Positions 46,648 through 56,712 of a stretch of 64,000 nucleotides of DNA are shown here, in pieces. The notes beneath the pieces are model-generated. The model was not told the origin of the DNA, ran no database searches, and saw only the letters and a program-made list of their open reading frames with translations. The stretch spans positions 3,454 to 67,453 of the forward strand of contig JAFUTY010000013.1 in the NCBI GenBank assembly GCA_017484005.1, given 5' to 3'. Source of the stretch: Selenomonadaceae bacterium. GTDB lineage: Bacteria > Bacillota > Negativicutes > Selenomonadales > Selenomonadaceae. Position numbers and translations under genes: made by a program. The number at the start of each line of letters is the position of its first letter. Position 1 is the first letter of the stretch.

Positions 46648-46675
46648 TTGAAAAAAATCGAAATTGATATAAAAT
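46648..46675 (+). promoter_or_regulatory. Candidate promoter for the carbonic-anhydrase-like gene
   Basis: TTGAAA (46648-46653), 16 nt spacer, TAAAAT (46670-46675). Lies about 30 nt upstream of the start, which has a GGAAGGAG RBS. Confidence 0.3.
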
Positions 46676-46705
46676 TTTCACGGCTCAAAAATCTCTCGGG
46701 AAGGA

Positions 46706-47569
46706 GTGTTGAAGTTGTCGATTCTCTCAGAAATTTTAAAAGCGAATTCAAAATTCCAGCCGCCCGCAGAAATCCTCGATGAAGATCATGCAAAAAGTAA
46801 ATTGCCAGCGAAACATCTTGCAGTTGTGACTTGCATGGATACAAGACTCGTTGGATATCTCGAGCCGGCGATGGGAATTTCTCGAGGCGACGCAAAATTT
46901 ATCAAAACAGCGGGAAATTGTATCACTGGAGTTTTCGATGGAACAATTCGATCGCTCCTCGTATGCATTTTTGAACTCGGAGTTAAAGAAATCGCAGTCA
47001 TTGGACATCATGAATGCGGCATGGCTAAAACGACTGCTGATTCTCTCACGAATGCGATGATCTCTCGCGGAATTTCTCCGGATGCGATTCAAATGGTTCA
47101 CAAAGATCTTGAAACGTGGGCAGATGGATTTCAACAGCCGGAGCAAAATGTTATCGATACAGTTGCCGCAATTCGCTCAAATCCACTCATTCCGAAAGAT
47201 GTGCCAATTCATGGATTGATGTTTCATCCAAGAGAAGGGAGTTTGGAAATCGTGGTTGATGGTTATGAAGATGCAAAATCCACTCTGACAGGAAAACTCG
47301 ACGAAGCAAAATCTGCGCTCGAATCTAAGAAAGATGAAGTCAAAGGCGCGATCGAGTCGAAAAAAGAGGAAGTCTCTGAAAAAATCGATGATGCAAAATC
47401 TGCACTCGAATCGAAAAAAGATGAAGTGAAAGACGCAATCGAATCGAAGAAGGAAGAGGTTTCCGACAAAATCGATGACGCGAAAGAAACTGTCAGTGAA
47501 AAAGTTTCCGGCGCGAAAGAAGCTGTTGGAAATATGCTCGAAAATCTCGGTGCAAAACTCAAATCATAA
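46706..47569 (+). CDS. Beta-class carbonic anhydrase-like protein with C-terminal amphipathic 29-aa repeats
   Basis: Zinc ligand motifs VTCMDTRL (CxDxR) and GHHECGM (HxxC). The C-terminal 90 aa are K/E-rich repeats. Confidence 0.7.
   Translation: MLKLSILSEILKANSKFQPPAEILDEDHAKSKLPAKHLAVVTCMDTRLVGYLEPAMGISRGDAKFIKTAGNCITGVFDGTIRSLLVCIFELGVKEIAVIGHHECGMAKTTADSLTNAMISRGISPDAIQMVHKDLETWADGFQQPEQNVIDTVAAIRSNPLIPKDVPIHGLMFHPREGSLEIVVDGYEDAKSTLTGKLDEAKSALESKKDEVKGAIESKKEEVSEKIDDAKSALESKKDEVKDAIESKKEEVSDKIDDAKETVSEKVSGAKEAVGNMLENLGAKLKS
47300..47566 (+). repeat. In-frame 87 nt (29 aa) tandem repeat, two full copies plus one diverged copy
   Basis: AKSALESKKDEVKGAIESKKEEVSEKIDD / AKSALESKKDEVKDAIESKKEEVSDKIDD / AKETVSEKVSGAKEAVGN... 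Repeat starts are at 47306, 47393 and 47480. Confidence 0.85.
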
Positions 47570-47572
47570 TTC

Positions 47573-48778
47573 ATGAACATTTTCGTTTTACTGACTTGCG
47601 CCCTTGCGATCATTCTGATTCTGTTGCGGAAAAAATTTCCGATCGGAATTTCGATGATCGCGAGCGGCGTTTTTCTTTGGATTTTTCAATCGCGCGAGCT
47701 TGAATCGATTCTTAACGCTGGAATTGAAACGCTGAAAATGAATCGAACGTATGACATCCTTTTCGCAATGTATTTTGTCATGTGTTTAGAAATCGAATTG
47801 CGAAAGAGTGGATTGCTCGATTCAATGGTTGAAACTCTCCATGGAATTTTTTCCGATACAAAAATTTTACTCGCCGCGATGCCTGCATTTCTCGGATTAC
47901 TGCCGTCGATTGGTGGAGCTAGATTTTCCGCGCCGATTGTCGATGAATTGAGCCGCGGATTGAATTTATCAGCGGAGAAAAAATCAGCGATCAATTTTTG
48001 GTTCAGACACATCTTCGAATTTTCGAATCCAATAATCCCTGGATTGATTCTTGCCTGTTCAATCGCCGGCGTGAGTTTTCCAGATTTTCTTCGACACATT
48101 GCATGGATGACATTTGTCGCGTTGATTGTTGGATATCTCGTGATTTTGCATCCAATCGATTCGAATTTGACGCGTCACAAATATCCTCATGGAAAAAATT
48201 TAGAATTTATAATCGCAATTTCGCCAATGATTTCAACATTTCTCCTCGCGACAACTCTGAATCTTAGAGCGTCAATCGCAACTGGAATTTCAATTGCCGC
48301 ATTATATTTGATTCTGCAACTGATGAATCGAAGGATTGATTTGCGCGAGATTTTAATTGGTGCGATCGATCTCAAAATGCTTGGGAATATTTTGGCGATT
48401 CTATTCTTCGTTCAATTGCTAGTAGATATCAAGATTCTCGATGAAGTTGTCGCGGCGTTCAGAAATTCTCCACTGCCGATTCCGATGATCATTGCAGGAA
48501 TTTCGTTTGTGATTGGAATTTTAACGGGGATGAGTCAAGGACATGTCGCGATAGTCATGCCGATTGTTGCGGCGATCGATCCAGGAAATTTAGATCTCGC
48601 TGGAATTGCGATGGCGTTTGGAGTTGCAGGACAGATGTTGACTCCGACTCATGTATGTCTACTCGTGACGATCGATTTTTTCCATGCAGATTTTTTCAAG
48701 ACGTTGATCCCATTAATAATTTGTGAAATCTTTGTGCTCGGAATTTTTTCAACCGTAACATTTTTGACTTGGGGATGA
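47573..48778 (+). CDS. Polytopic integral membrane protein (DUF401-like, tentative)
   Basis: 401 aa, about 10-12 TM helices. LPSIGGARFSAPIV motif. The family name is from memory only. Confidence 0.45.
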   Translation: MNIFVLLTCALAIILILLRKKFPIGISMIASGVFLWIFQSRELESILNAGIETLKMNRTYDILFAMYFVMCLEIELRKSGLLDSMVETLHGIFSDTKILLAAMPAFLGLLPSIGGARFSAPIVDELSRGLNLSAEKKSAINFWFRHIFEFSNPIIPGLILACSIAGVSFPDFLRHIAWMTFVALIVGYLVILHPIDSNLTRHKYPHGKNLEFIIAISPMISTFLLATTLNLRASIATGISIAALYLILQLMNRRIDLREILIGAIDLKMLGNILAILFFVQLLVDIKILDEVVAAFRNSPLPIPMIIAGISFVIGILTGMSQGHVAIVMPIVAAIDPGNLDLAGIAMAFGVAGQMLTPTHVCLLVTIDFFHADFFKTLIPLIICEIFVLGIFSTVTFLTWG

Positions 48779-48784
48779 TTTTTT

Positions 48785-49814
48785 ATGCAGTCACATGAAG
48801 CGATATTTCGCCCTTCAATGAATCCAAATCGCAAGCCATTGCACACACTGTTGCCTCTCAAAACACCAATTGCGTTGCAAATCGATCCGAGCGATGTTTG
48901 CAATTTTCGTTGTAAATTCTGTTTTCAGAGTCATTCGAACCTCAAACACAAACTGCTCACTCCCGAACTGTTTCAGAAAATCGTCAATGACATGAAAGAA
49001 TTTCCAGAACCTTTCAATACAGTTTATTTGCATCGAATCGGCGAACCCTTGCTCAATAAGAATTTCCCCGAATTCGTGAGAATTTTGAAGAATACTTCAC
49101 TAACTCGGGGGGGGGGGGCAGCCAATTGCCGGACGAGTTTGTACAATAACGAATGCTAGTCTATTAAATCCAAAATTGATTCGCGATATTGTTGACGCTG
49201 GACTGGATAAAATTCAGATTTCAATTTACGGTTTGAGCGACGAGGATTATAAAAAATTCTGTGGCGCAAATGTGTCATTTGAAAGAATCAAAGAAAATAT
49301 TGCCTTGCTTTATCAAGTTGGGCACAGCAATGGAAAACATGTCGATATGTACATAAAAATTGCGGCGGAATATTTTTCTGAAGAGGAACAACAATCTTTC
49401 ATCGAGCAATTTAGTCCAATCACTGATTCAATTTTTATTGAACATGTGACAAATATTTGGCCAGGACTGAAAATTGATGGAGTTAGTGATAATGGACAAT
49501 ATGATCTCGGTGTTCACGATTACATCTGTCCAACTCCATTTTATATGCTCAATATTCACAGCGATGGCGTTGTCAGTCCATGTTGCGTTGAGTGGCAGAA
49601 AAAACTGGTTCTTGGCGATGTAAAAACTCAATCTCTGTTGGATATATGGAATGATGATGAGCTTTACAATTTAAGAATCGCAACTCTAAAAAGAGAACTT
49701 GATTCTTATTCAATGTGCAAGCATTGTGAATTTCCCAGCGCAAGTTTATCGATTAATTTGACAGATCACATTTCGAAATTGTTGAATATATACGAAAGAA
49801 AATCTGCAGATTAA
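48785..49814 (+). pseudogene. Radical SAM protein with SPASM/twitch-like C-terminus, split by a frameshift at a G12 homopolymer
   Basis: The upstream ORF (48785-49159) carries CNFRCKFC (CX3CX2C). The downstream frame is open from 49104 and reads GGGGQPIAGRVCTITNASLLNPKLIRDIVDAGLDKIQISIYG..., with C-X12-G-X4-C and CKHC near the end. G11 or G14 would fuse both into about 340 aa. Confidence 0.75.
49107..49118 (+). repeat. Poly(G)12 homopolymeric tract
   Basis: Counted directly: g at every position from 49107 to 49118. Confidence 0.95.
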
Positions 49815-49865
49815 TTCGCGATTTAGATTTCAAAAAATCCTATTACGGATTAGGAGGCAGTTTCG

Positions 49866-50360
49866 ATGAATGCAATTTTTACTCGATCGAGCGTTCGAGC
49901 TTTCGAAGATAAACCAGTTGAACGTGAGAAAATCGAGTTGATTTTGAAAGCCGCGATGTCAGCTCCAACGGCAGTTAATCAACGTCCATGGGAATTTTTT
50001 ATCATAACAAATCGAGAGAAATTGGAAAAGCTTTCGAAAGTTAGTCCGTATGCTGGAATGACTGCTAAAGCTCCAGCTGCGATTGTCATTTGCTATCGTC
50101 GAGACTGCAGACTTCCAGAATTTGCACACATCGATTGCTCAATTGCCGCTGAAAATATTTGGCTGGAATTCGAGGAGCTTGGATTAGGTGGAGTGATGTT
50201 AGGAGTTGCGCCATATGACGATCGAATAAAACTTGCTGGAGAGATTATCGAGCTTCCAGAAAATCTAGTTGCATTCACAATCATTCCATTCGGCTATCCA
50301 AAATCGAAACATGAGCAGAAAGATCGATTTGAATCAGATCGCGTTCATTGGATTGAGTGA
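49866..50360 (+). CDS. Nitroreductase-family protein
   Basis: 164 aa. TRSSVRAFEDKPV ... SAPTAVNQRPWEFFII motif. Confidence 0.85.
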   Translation: MNAIFTRSSVRAFEDKPVEREKIELILKAAMSAPTAVNQRPWEFFIITNREKLEKLSKVSPYAGMTAKAPAAIVICYRRDCRLPEFAHIDCSIAAENIWLEFEELGLGGVMLGVAPYDDRIKLAGEIIELPENLVAFTIIPFGYPKSKHEQKDRFESDRVHWIE

Positions 50361-50366
50361 CAAAAT

Positions 50367-51461
50367 ATGAAAAAACATAATAAAGTGCGGGTGGCTAGCG
50401 GCGATCAATTGACGAAATTCGACGCAAAGCGCCCTTTTTTTTCGGTTATCATGCCTGTATTCAACGCGGAAGAAACTCTCAATCGATCAATTGCGAGCGT
50501 TATCAGTCAGACGTTCAAAAAATTCGAGCTGATAATCATTGATAACTGTTCGACCGATGGAAGTTACGATTTGATGATGGATTGGGCTCGCCGCGATTTT
50601 CGAATTCAACTTCTGCAGACTTCGGAAAATAATGGAGTTTCTCCCGCCAGAAATCTAGGTCTCGAGCGAATTTCTGGGACGTATGTAACATTTATCGACG
50701 CAGATGATTGGCTCGAGCCGAATATTTTTGATGTCGCGGCAAAATCGTTAATGGAAGATCCATCGATAGATTGTCTTAAATATTCATGTCACGAGGAGTA
50801 TTTTGATTCACAAGGCGAGCTGCAAAATCGAATCAAATGTATTTGCGGAGAGGCGACTCTCACAAATCGGCAGCAGATCGTTGAAAAAATCGTCGAACTC
50901 GAATCGATTCCGCTGTTTGGTTATGTTTGGAATGGATTTTATCGCACGCAAATCCTTCAAAAACATCAGCTGAAATTCAACACAGAAATGCGCGTCAATG
51001 AGGATTTCGATTTCAATCTAGAATTTCTGCGGCATCTGTACAAAATCAAGACAATCAATGAGCTCGGCTATCATTATTCCAAGCAGATCGGCAGTTTATC
51101 AACGCACATCGAGCATTATTCATATCCAGTTTTGACGGCGAAAATTCGAGGATTGCTATCGCTTTTCGAATATGGATTGCCGGCTGATCAGCGTGAGAAA
51201 ATTTTTTGGATGTATGTGAGAGCATGTTATTCCGCATTGACGAATGCAAATGTTATGAGTGAAGTCATGGATGAAATTGAAAGTGATCCGCTATTTCGAG
51301 AATTTAGACTAACTAAGTTCAATCAGTCTAATTTTAAACAGAAAATCATGATTTCACTGCTGAAATTTAGACCGATGCGTCCAATTTTGATTCTCGCGAT
51401 TATCGCAATTCGAATCGTGCGGAAATTTTTTCCAAATCTATTTGCGAGTGTGAAAAGATGA
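50367..51461 (+). CDS. Family 2 glycosyltransferase
   Basis: FSVIMPVFNAEETL..., IIIDNCSTDGS, FIDADDW (DxD). Confidence 0.9.
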   Translation: MKKHNKVRVASGDQLTKFDAKRPFFSVIMPVFNAEETLNRSIASVISQTFKKFELIIIDNCSTDGSYDLMMDWARRDFRIQLLQTSENNGVSPARNLGLERISGTYVTFIDADDWLEPNIFDVAAKSLMEDPSIDCLKYSCHEEYFDSQGELQNRIKCICGEATLTNRQQIVEKIVELESIPLFGYVWNGFYRTQILQKHQLKFNTEMRVNEDFDFNLEFLRHLYKIKTINELGYHYSKQIGSLSTHIEHYSYPVLTAKIRGLLSLFEYGLPADQREKIFWMYVRACYSALTNANVMSEVMDEIESDPLFREFRLTKFNQSNFKQKIMISLLKFRPMRPILILAIIAIRIVRKFFPNLFASVKR

Positions 51462-52570
51462 AAAGAATTTTGCAGATTGGAATGACTCGGAATATTGGCG
51501 GGCTCGAGACTTATCTGATGAATCAATTTCGAAAATTGGATCGCTCGCGAATCATTTATGACTTTGTGAATATCACTGGCGAATATCAAATCGCGTTTGC
51601 AGATGAAATTGAGAGAGCTGGATCAAAAATTTTCGAAATTCCATCGCGTCGAAAAAATCCTCTGAAACATTATCTTGAATGGATCAAACTCTTTCGAAAA
51701 ATCCAGGGACAATATGATGCGATAATTCTCAATGCAAATTCTTTATCGTATGTATTTCCAATCTTTGCCGCGCGATTTTTTGGAATTCCAATGCGGATTT
51801 TTCATTCTCACAACTCCGGTGATGAATTGAAAATGGGAACTCTTCGAAAAATATTGGTGAATGTCAATAAAATTTTGCTCGAGTCAAGCGTGACAGATCG
51901 ATTTGCATGTTCAGAAAAAGCTGGTCGATGGATGTTCGACTCGAAAAAATTCCATGTGATTAACAATGCGATTGACGCTCGCGAGATGAGATTCAATCCG
52001 CAAATTCGAGATCAGTTTCGTCGCGAATTGGATTTGGAAAATCGATTTGTCTTGGCGCATGTCGGTCGATTCACGTTTCAAAAAAATCATGAATTTTTGA
52101 TCGAAATATTCGCGAAAGTCGCGGAACAAATTCCCGATTCGATTCTACTTTTGATCGGCGATGCAGTCGAAGATTCAAGCTTTCTCGATCGAACGCGTCA
52201 AAAAGTTTCCGAATTGAAATTGGAAGATCGAGTAAAATTTCTCGGTTTGCGAAAGGATGTTCGAAATTTGATGCAGGCGTTTGATTGTTTTGTATTGCCG
52301 TCGCGATTCGAGGGACTGCCGATGGTCGGAATCGAGGCGCAATCGGCTGGACTTCCATGCGTTTTTTCAGACACAATCACGCGCGAATTGGAAATCACTC
52401 AAAATCTCGTGCAATATGTCAAGCTCGATTCGATTGAGGATTGGTGCGTCGCAATTCAAAAAGCTCGACAGATTCCGCGGCGCGATACATTCGATGAAAT
52501 TGCAAATGCCGGATATGATATTTCGACAGAAATTTTGAAACTCGAAAAATTTTTTGAGGGATCGTCATGA
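51458..52570 (+). CDS. GT-B glycosyltransferase (family 4 / group 1)
   Basis: C-terminal EX7E block PSRFEGLPMVGIEAQSAGLPCV. ATGA overlap with the upstream gene. Confidence 0.88.
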   Translation: MKRILQIGMTRNIGGLETYLMNQFRKLDRSRIIYDFVNITGEYQIAFADEIERAGSKIFEIPSRRKNPLKHYLEWIKLFRKIQGQYDAIILNANSLSYVFPIFAARFFGIPMRIFHSHNSGDELKMGTLRKILVNVNKILLESSVTDRFACSEKAGRWMFDSKKFHVINNAIDAREMRFNPQIRDQFRRELDLENRFVLAHVGRFTFQKNHEFLIEIFAKVAEQIPDSILLLIGDAVEDSSFLDRTRQKVSELKLEDRVKFLGLRKDVRNLMQAFDCFVLPSRFEGLPMVGIEAQSAGLPCVFSDTITRELEITQNLVQYVKLDSIEDWCVAIQKARQIPRRDTFDEIANAGYDISTEILKLEKFFEGSS

Positions 52571-53568
52571 AGTATATCGGAGAAACTCCTGCGGCGAATT
52601 TTCACGCGGGGAATAAAGCTCGCGCAGATGTCGATCGAATTTTTCAAAATCGAGGCTATCAGCTCGTTGAAAATTTTTATGAAACTCAATTCAAATCGAT
52701 CGGTGAAAAAATTTCCTACATTATAGATCCGCGAACATGGCTCAAGATTTTTCGAACACTGCAAACTCAAAATCAAAATCTAGCTATGCAATTTCCAACT
52801 TATTCGAATTCACTAGTTCGCTGGACAATGAATCGAGTTTTAAAGCAAAATCGAACATTGATCGTAGTTCATGACGTTGATGCACTTCGAGATTTTTCAG
52901 CGGCAAATTCAATCGATCAAATCAATTCCGCGACGCTCGCAATAGTTCACAATTCAAAAATGAAATCTGAACTTGAATCGCTAGGAGTTCAAATTCCAAT
53001 GATCGAGCTGGATCTTTTTGATTATCTACTCGACAAAATTCCAAAAATCGAGCGTCATAAATCTTCCGAGATCGTTTTCGCTGGAAATTTAGGAAAGTCT
53101 GAATTTCTCAAACAAAATCTCGCGCTGAATTTTCAACTCTATGGAATTGGTTGGGATAAAAATTTCAATGAAAGCTACAATTACTATGGAAGCTTTCCGC
53201 CCGATGAAATTCCATTCAAACTCAAAGGCAGTTTTGGATTGATTTGGGATGGCGATTCGATTGAGACTTGCGCGGGATCGTTCGGAAAATATTTGCGATT
53301 CAACAATCCACATAAATTTTCACTATATATCGCGTCAGGACTTCCAACGATCACTTGGCGGCATGCGGCGATCGCTGATTTTATTTTGCGGAATGAAATC
53401 GGTTTTGTCGTTGACTCTTTACATGAAATCCCGCGCGTGATAGAAAATATCTCCGATGATCAATATTCGCGATTTCTCAAAAATCTCGAGGAGCTGCAGT
53501 TGAAAGTCACGCATGGATTTTTCACGAATTCTGCGCTCGATCGGGCGGAAGAAATTCTGGGAGGTTGA
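52567..53568 (+). CDS. Putative glycosyltransferase (galactofuranosyltransferase-like, tentative)
   Basis: 333 aa. N-terminus AGNKARADVDRIF and a two-lobe pattern reminiscent of EPS-locus sugar transferases. Supported mainly by context. ATGA overlap. Confidence 0.4.
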   Translation: MKYIGETPAANFHAGNKARADVDRIFQNRGYQLVENFYETQFKSIGEKISYIIDPRTWLKIFRTLQTQNQNLAMQFPTYSNSLVRWTMNRVLKQNRTLIVVHDVDALRDFSAANSIDQINSATLAIVHNSKMKSELESLGVQIPMIELDLFDYLLDKIPKIERHKSSEIVFAGNLGKSEFLKQNLALNFQLYGIGWDKNFNESYNYYGSFPPDEIPFKLKGSFGLIWDGDSIETCAGSFGKYLRFNNPHKFSLYIASGLPTITWRHAAIADFILRNEIGFVVDSLHEIPRVIENISDDQYSRFLKNLEELQLKVTHGFFTNSALDRAEEILGG

Positions 53569-53571
53569 ATT

Positions 53572-54240
53572 TTGAAGGATAAATCATTCACTCAAAAATT
53601 TTTTGAAATGCTAAAATTGCGATATCCAGTTTTGCTAGTCACAATCGCGATCTTTGCAATTTTGATCGGCGGCGAAAAATATCTGAGCAGTTCCAGTGAA
53701 CCGATATATCAAGCAGGCGATGCATATGCTCAGCGGTTGGCTTACATCGAATTTTATGATCAGCGTCCATACACCGATAACAAAGATTTTTTCACGAATT
53801 CTGAGCTCGAAATGGTGCAGTTTATCAATCAGACAAGCGACCACATCGAGTGGAATCGATACAATCGAAATTGGGATGGGATGGGAATCGTTGGAAAGCT
53901 GAAATGGTTTTTTAAGCGAATCAGAGTTGACAGATTCGATCCAAATTTTTATCTTTTCAAAATCACAGTTATGACTGAAGATGCTGGCGATATTCCATAT
54001 GTCAATTCGACGATCAAAAATCTCGCGGATGAATATGTCGAATTTGCGCAAAATCGTCTCGAGCAGACTGGAATTGGACGACTTGTCGTGGTTGATTCCG
54101 CGGAAGTGATTTCAGAGCCGCAGCCGATCTCTCCAAAACGAATTGTCTTGAAATATCTTGTTATCGGCGGAATTCTTGGAGCGATTGTTGGCACGATTTT
54201 GATTGGAGCGATGGCATCGAGGACTTCGAAAAATGTTTGA
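53572..54240 (+). CDS. Wzz/CpsC-like polysaccharide chain-length determinant (tentative)
   Basis: 222 aa with one N-terminal and one C-terminal TM helix (LKYLVIGGILGAIVGTILIGAM) flanking a soluble domain. TTG start after GGGAGG. Confidence 0.45.
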   Translation: MKDKSFTQKFFEMLKLRYPVLLVTIAIFAILIGGEKYLSSSSEPIYQAGDAYAQRLAYIEFYDQRPYTDNKDFFTNSELEMVQFINQTSDHIEWNRYNRNWDGMGIVGKLKWFFKRIRVDRFDPNFYLFKITVMTEDAGDIPYVNSTIKNLADEYVEFAQNRLEQTGIGRLVVVDSAEVISEPQPISPKRIVLKYLVIGGILGAIVGTILIGAMASRTSKNV

Positions 54241-55531
54241 GATTCTATTTCTCGCGAGCACTGGAATTCTGATTTTTTCCTGTATATATTTCGAATTTGA
54301 TTTTCTCGAGCCGAGTGTGATTCTCGCAACGCTGATGACTTTTTCGATTTTTATCGCCAGTCAATTCGCGGAACATTGGGGATATGATGTCGGAATTCGA
54401 TCGATTGTCTGCATTTCATTAGCACTCCTCGCTTTTACATTCGGAAGTATTTTTGCACGACGAAATTTCTTCCATTCACAAATAAAAAAAGATCCGAGTT
54501 CAAAATCTGAAACTCGAATCGATGTTGCAATTTGGAAAATTTTTCTAGCACTGATTCTGATTTCGATTCTTCTAGCGTTCAATTTCAAAGAAAGTTATGA
54601 ACTCTCGAGGGAACTTGGAAATTATTCGGGAATTTCAAACATGATTCCGACAAACCGTTGGGCAATTGAATCTGGAATTGCAAGTTTTTCGCGATGGACT
54701 TATTATCGCGCGATGATCGCACAGACTTTCGCGTATGTTTCGATTTACATTTTCATTCGAAATCTCGCCGATTTTCGTTTGAAAGATCTCTGGCTGACGC
54801 TGCCGATGATCTTTTTTATTCCATTTATCATTCTCAACACCGGGCGCATGTGGCTGATTTGTCTCGTGATTTATATTTTGATCGTCGCGGGAATTCTTCG
54901 TAGAAAATCGAATTTCTCCACGCTCAAAATTTTCTTTATATCTGGAATTTGTTTTTACGCGATGTTTTTACTGCTCGGACTTTTCACTGGAAAAACTTTG
55001 ATGGGCAATAGATCGATCGGCGAAATTTTTGTCCATTATGCAGGACTGTCAATTCCAGCGTTGGAAGTCGCATTGAATCAGATTTGGTATGAGACAACTG
55101 CAATTGGTGAATATACTTTGCTCGGAGTTTATCGGGTCGCGTCAAAATTCATCGAGCTCCCAGAAGTTCCATTATTCCTGCCGTTTGTTCAATTTCACGG
55201 AATCGATACAAATGTATTCACTGCTGAGGCTCGATACGTCAAGGATTTTGGATTCATCGGCATGGCGGCAGTGATGTGGATTCTCGGCGTGACATATTCA
55301 TCGATTTACAATTTCGTTTTGAGGAGTAGAAATTCTCTCGCGCTGATGTTTTATGGATATCTTGCGTCGCCGCTGTTTTTATCATCGATTGACGAGCGAT
55401 TTTTTCTAGATTTCTTCGGCACAACTTCGATTTACATGTTGATTTTGATTTTTTCGTGGGAAAAATTTTTGAACGGGGGAATTCGATGGCGAGCCGGCTT
55501 TCTCAAAATATTTTCTCGCTCGTCACGTTAA
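54233..55531 (+). CDS. Oligosaccharide repeat-unit polymerase (Wzy-like) membrane protein
   Basis: About 430 aa and more than 10 TM helices with no soluble domains. Position between the Wzz-like and Wzx genes. Start set at the ATG at 54233 (MFEILFLAS). Confidence 0.55.
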   Translation: MFEILFLASTGILIFSCIYFEFDFLEPSVILATLMTFSIFIASQFAEHWGYDVGIRSIVCISLALLAFTFGSIFARRNFFHSQIKKDPSSKSETRIDVAIWKIFLALILISILLAFNFKESYELSRELGNYSGISNMIPTNRWAIESGIASFSRWTYYRAMIAQTFAYVSIYIFIRNLADFRLKDLWLTLPMIFFIPFIILNTGRMWLICLVIYILIVAGILRRKSNFSTLKIFFISGICFYAMFLLLGLFTGKTLMGNRSIGEIFVHYAGLSIPALEVALNQIWYETTAIGEYTLLGVYRVASKFIELPEVPLFLPFVQFHGIDTNVFTAEARYVKDFGFIGMAAVMWILGVTYSSIYNFVLRSRNSLALMFYGYLASPLFLSSIDERFFLDFFGTTSIYMLILIFSWEKFLNGGIRWRAGFLKIFSRSSR

Positions 55532-56712
55532 AAGGAATCGATTATCTGCTGAATTTTTTGATGCTCCCATTTTTACTTCGAACACTTGGAGCTGAAAGAT
55601 TCGGCGCGATTGTTTTCACGCAGAGCATCGTTCAATATTTCGTTTTGATTGTCGATTATGGATTCAATATGACTGCTCCTCGAGATATCGCGCGAGCTAA
55701 AGATCAATCTGAAATCGCGAGAATTTTTTCGAGCGTTATGTCTGCAAAATTGATAATGCTCGGAGCAATTTCGATTTTCAGTCTGCTCACGATTGAAACT
55801 CTCGATTCAATTGTCGAAATCGATCTGCTGCTATTTCTCGCAACATTTCCAATCGCAATCGGAAATCTGATGTTTCCAGTTTGGTTTTTTCAAGGAATTC
55901 AACAGATGAAATACATCACGATTTCGTCAACGATAGCGCGCGCATCGATTCTGTTATTGCTATTCGCGACGGTCAAATCGCCGGAGGATTATCTGACAGC
56001 GGCATTTTTACAGTCATGTTTCATGTTAATCGCTGGAATTTTGTCGCTCGGAATCATTTTGAAATCACATCGATACGTCTTTATGATTCCGAAATTCTCG
56101 GAAATTCGTCAAGCATTTTCAGACGGCTGGCAAATTTTTCTATCGACTGTCGCGATAAATCTTTACACGACAACAAATACAGTCGTTCTCGGTGCATTGA
56201 CTTCGAATGCGACAGTTGGATTTTTCAGTGCCGCGATGAAACTTATCGATGCGGTTAAAGGATTGATGGGCGCGATTTCTCAAGCTGTTTATCCACATAT
56301 CAGTGCGCAAAAAGATCGAGCCGTTCAATTCATTTGGAAGTTCGGAAAAATTTTCGTGGGATTGTGTCTCGGAATTTCGATTGGAACATTTTTCGGTGCA
56401 GAATTCATCGTTCAAATTTTGTTCGGCGATGGTTATGACGAATCGGTTTTGATTCTCAAAATTCTCGCATGGCTTCCATTTGTCATTTCGATTAGTAATG
56501 TTCTCGGAATTCAAACGATGTTGAATTTTGGAAAACAGCGCGAATTCTCATTGATTTTGATCGGCGCGGCACTTTTAGATCTCACGGCGATTTTCCCTGC
56601 AACTCTATTTCACGGAGCGATTGGCGTCGCATGGATTTCGCTCGCTGTTGAAATTTTCGTTTCAGTCATTATGATTTTCTATGTACATCACGCTAGATTG
56701 TTGAGGGAGTGA
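55486..56712 (+). CDS. Wzx-type flippase (MOP superfamily polysaccharide biosynthesis protein)
   Basis: MASRLSQNIFSLVTLKGIDYLLNFLMLPFLLRTLGAERFG is a typical Wzx N-terminus. 12-14 TM helices. Confidence 0.8.
   Translation: MASRLSQNIFSLVTLKGIDYLLNFLMLPFLLRTLGAERFGAIVFTQSIVQYFVLIVDYGFNMTAPRDIARAKDQSEIARIFSSVMSAKLIMLGAISIFSLLTIETLDSIVEIDLLLFLATFPIAIGNLMFPVWFFQGIQQMKYITISSTIARASILLLLFATVKSPEDYLTAAFLQSCFMLIAGILSLGIILKSHRYVFMIPKFSEIRQAFSDGWQIFLSTVAINLYTTTNTVVLGALTSNATVGFFSAAMKLIDAVKGLMGAISQAVYPHISAQKDRAVQFIWKFGKIFVGLCLGISIGTFFGAEFIVQILFGDGYDESVLILKILAWLPFVISISNVLGIQTMLNFGKQREFSLILIGAALLDLTAIFPATLFHGAIGVAWISLAVEIFVSVIMIFYVHHARLLRE

Noticed and set aside
46590-46895. N-terminal 102-codon extension of ORF 46260-46895 (211 aa), which overlaps the carbonic-anhydrase-like gene start.
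   Set aside because: The C-terminal 109 aa alone match the Sbp/DUF1290 family from its first Met (MIKSGIGL...). The extension has no membrane character, crosses the divergent promoter region and overlaps a well-supported plus-strand gene.
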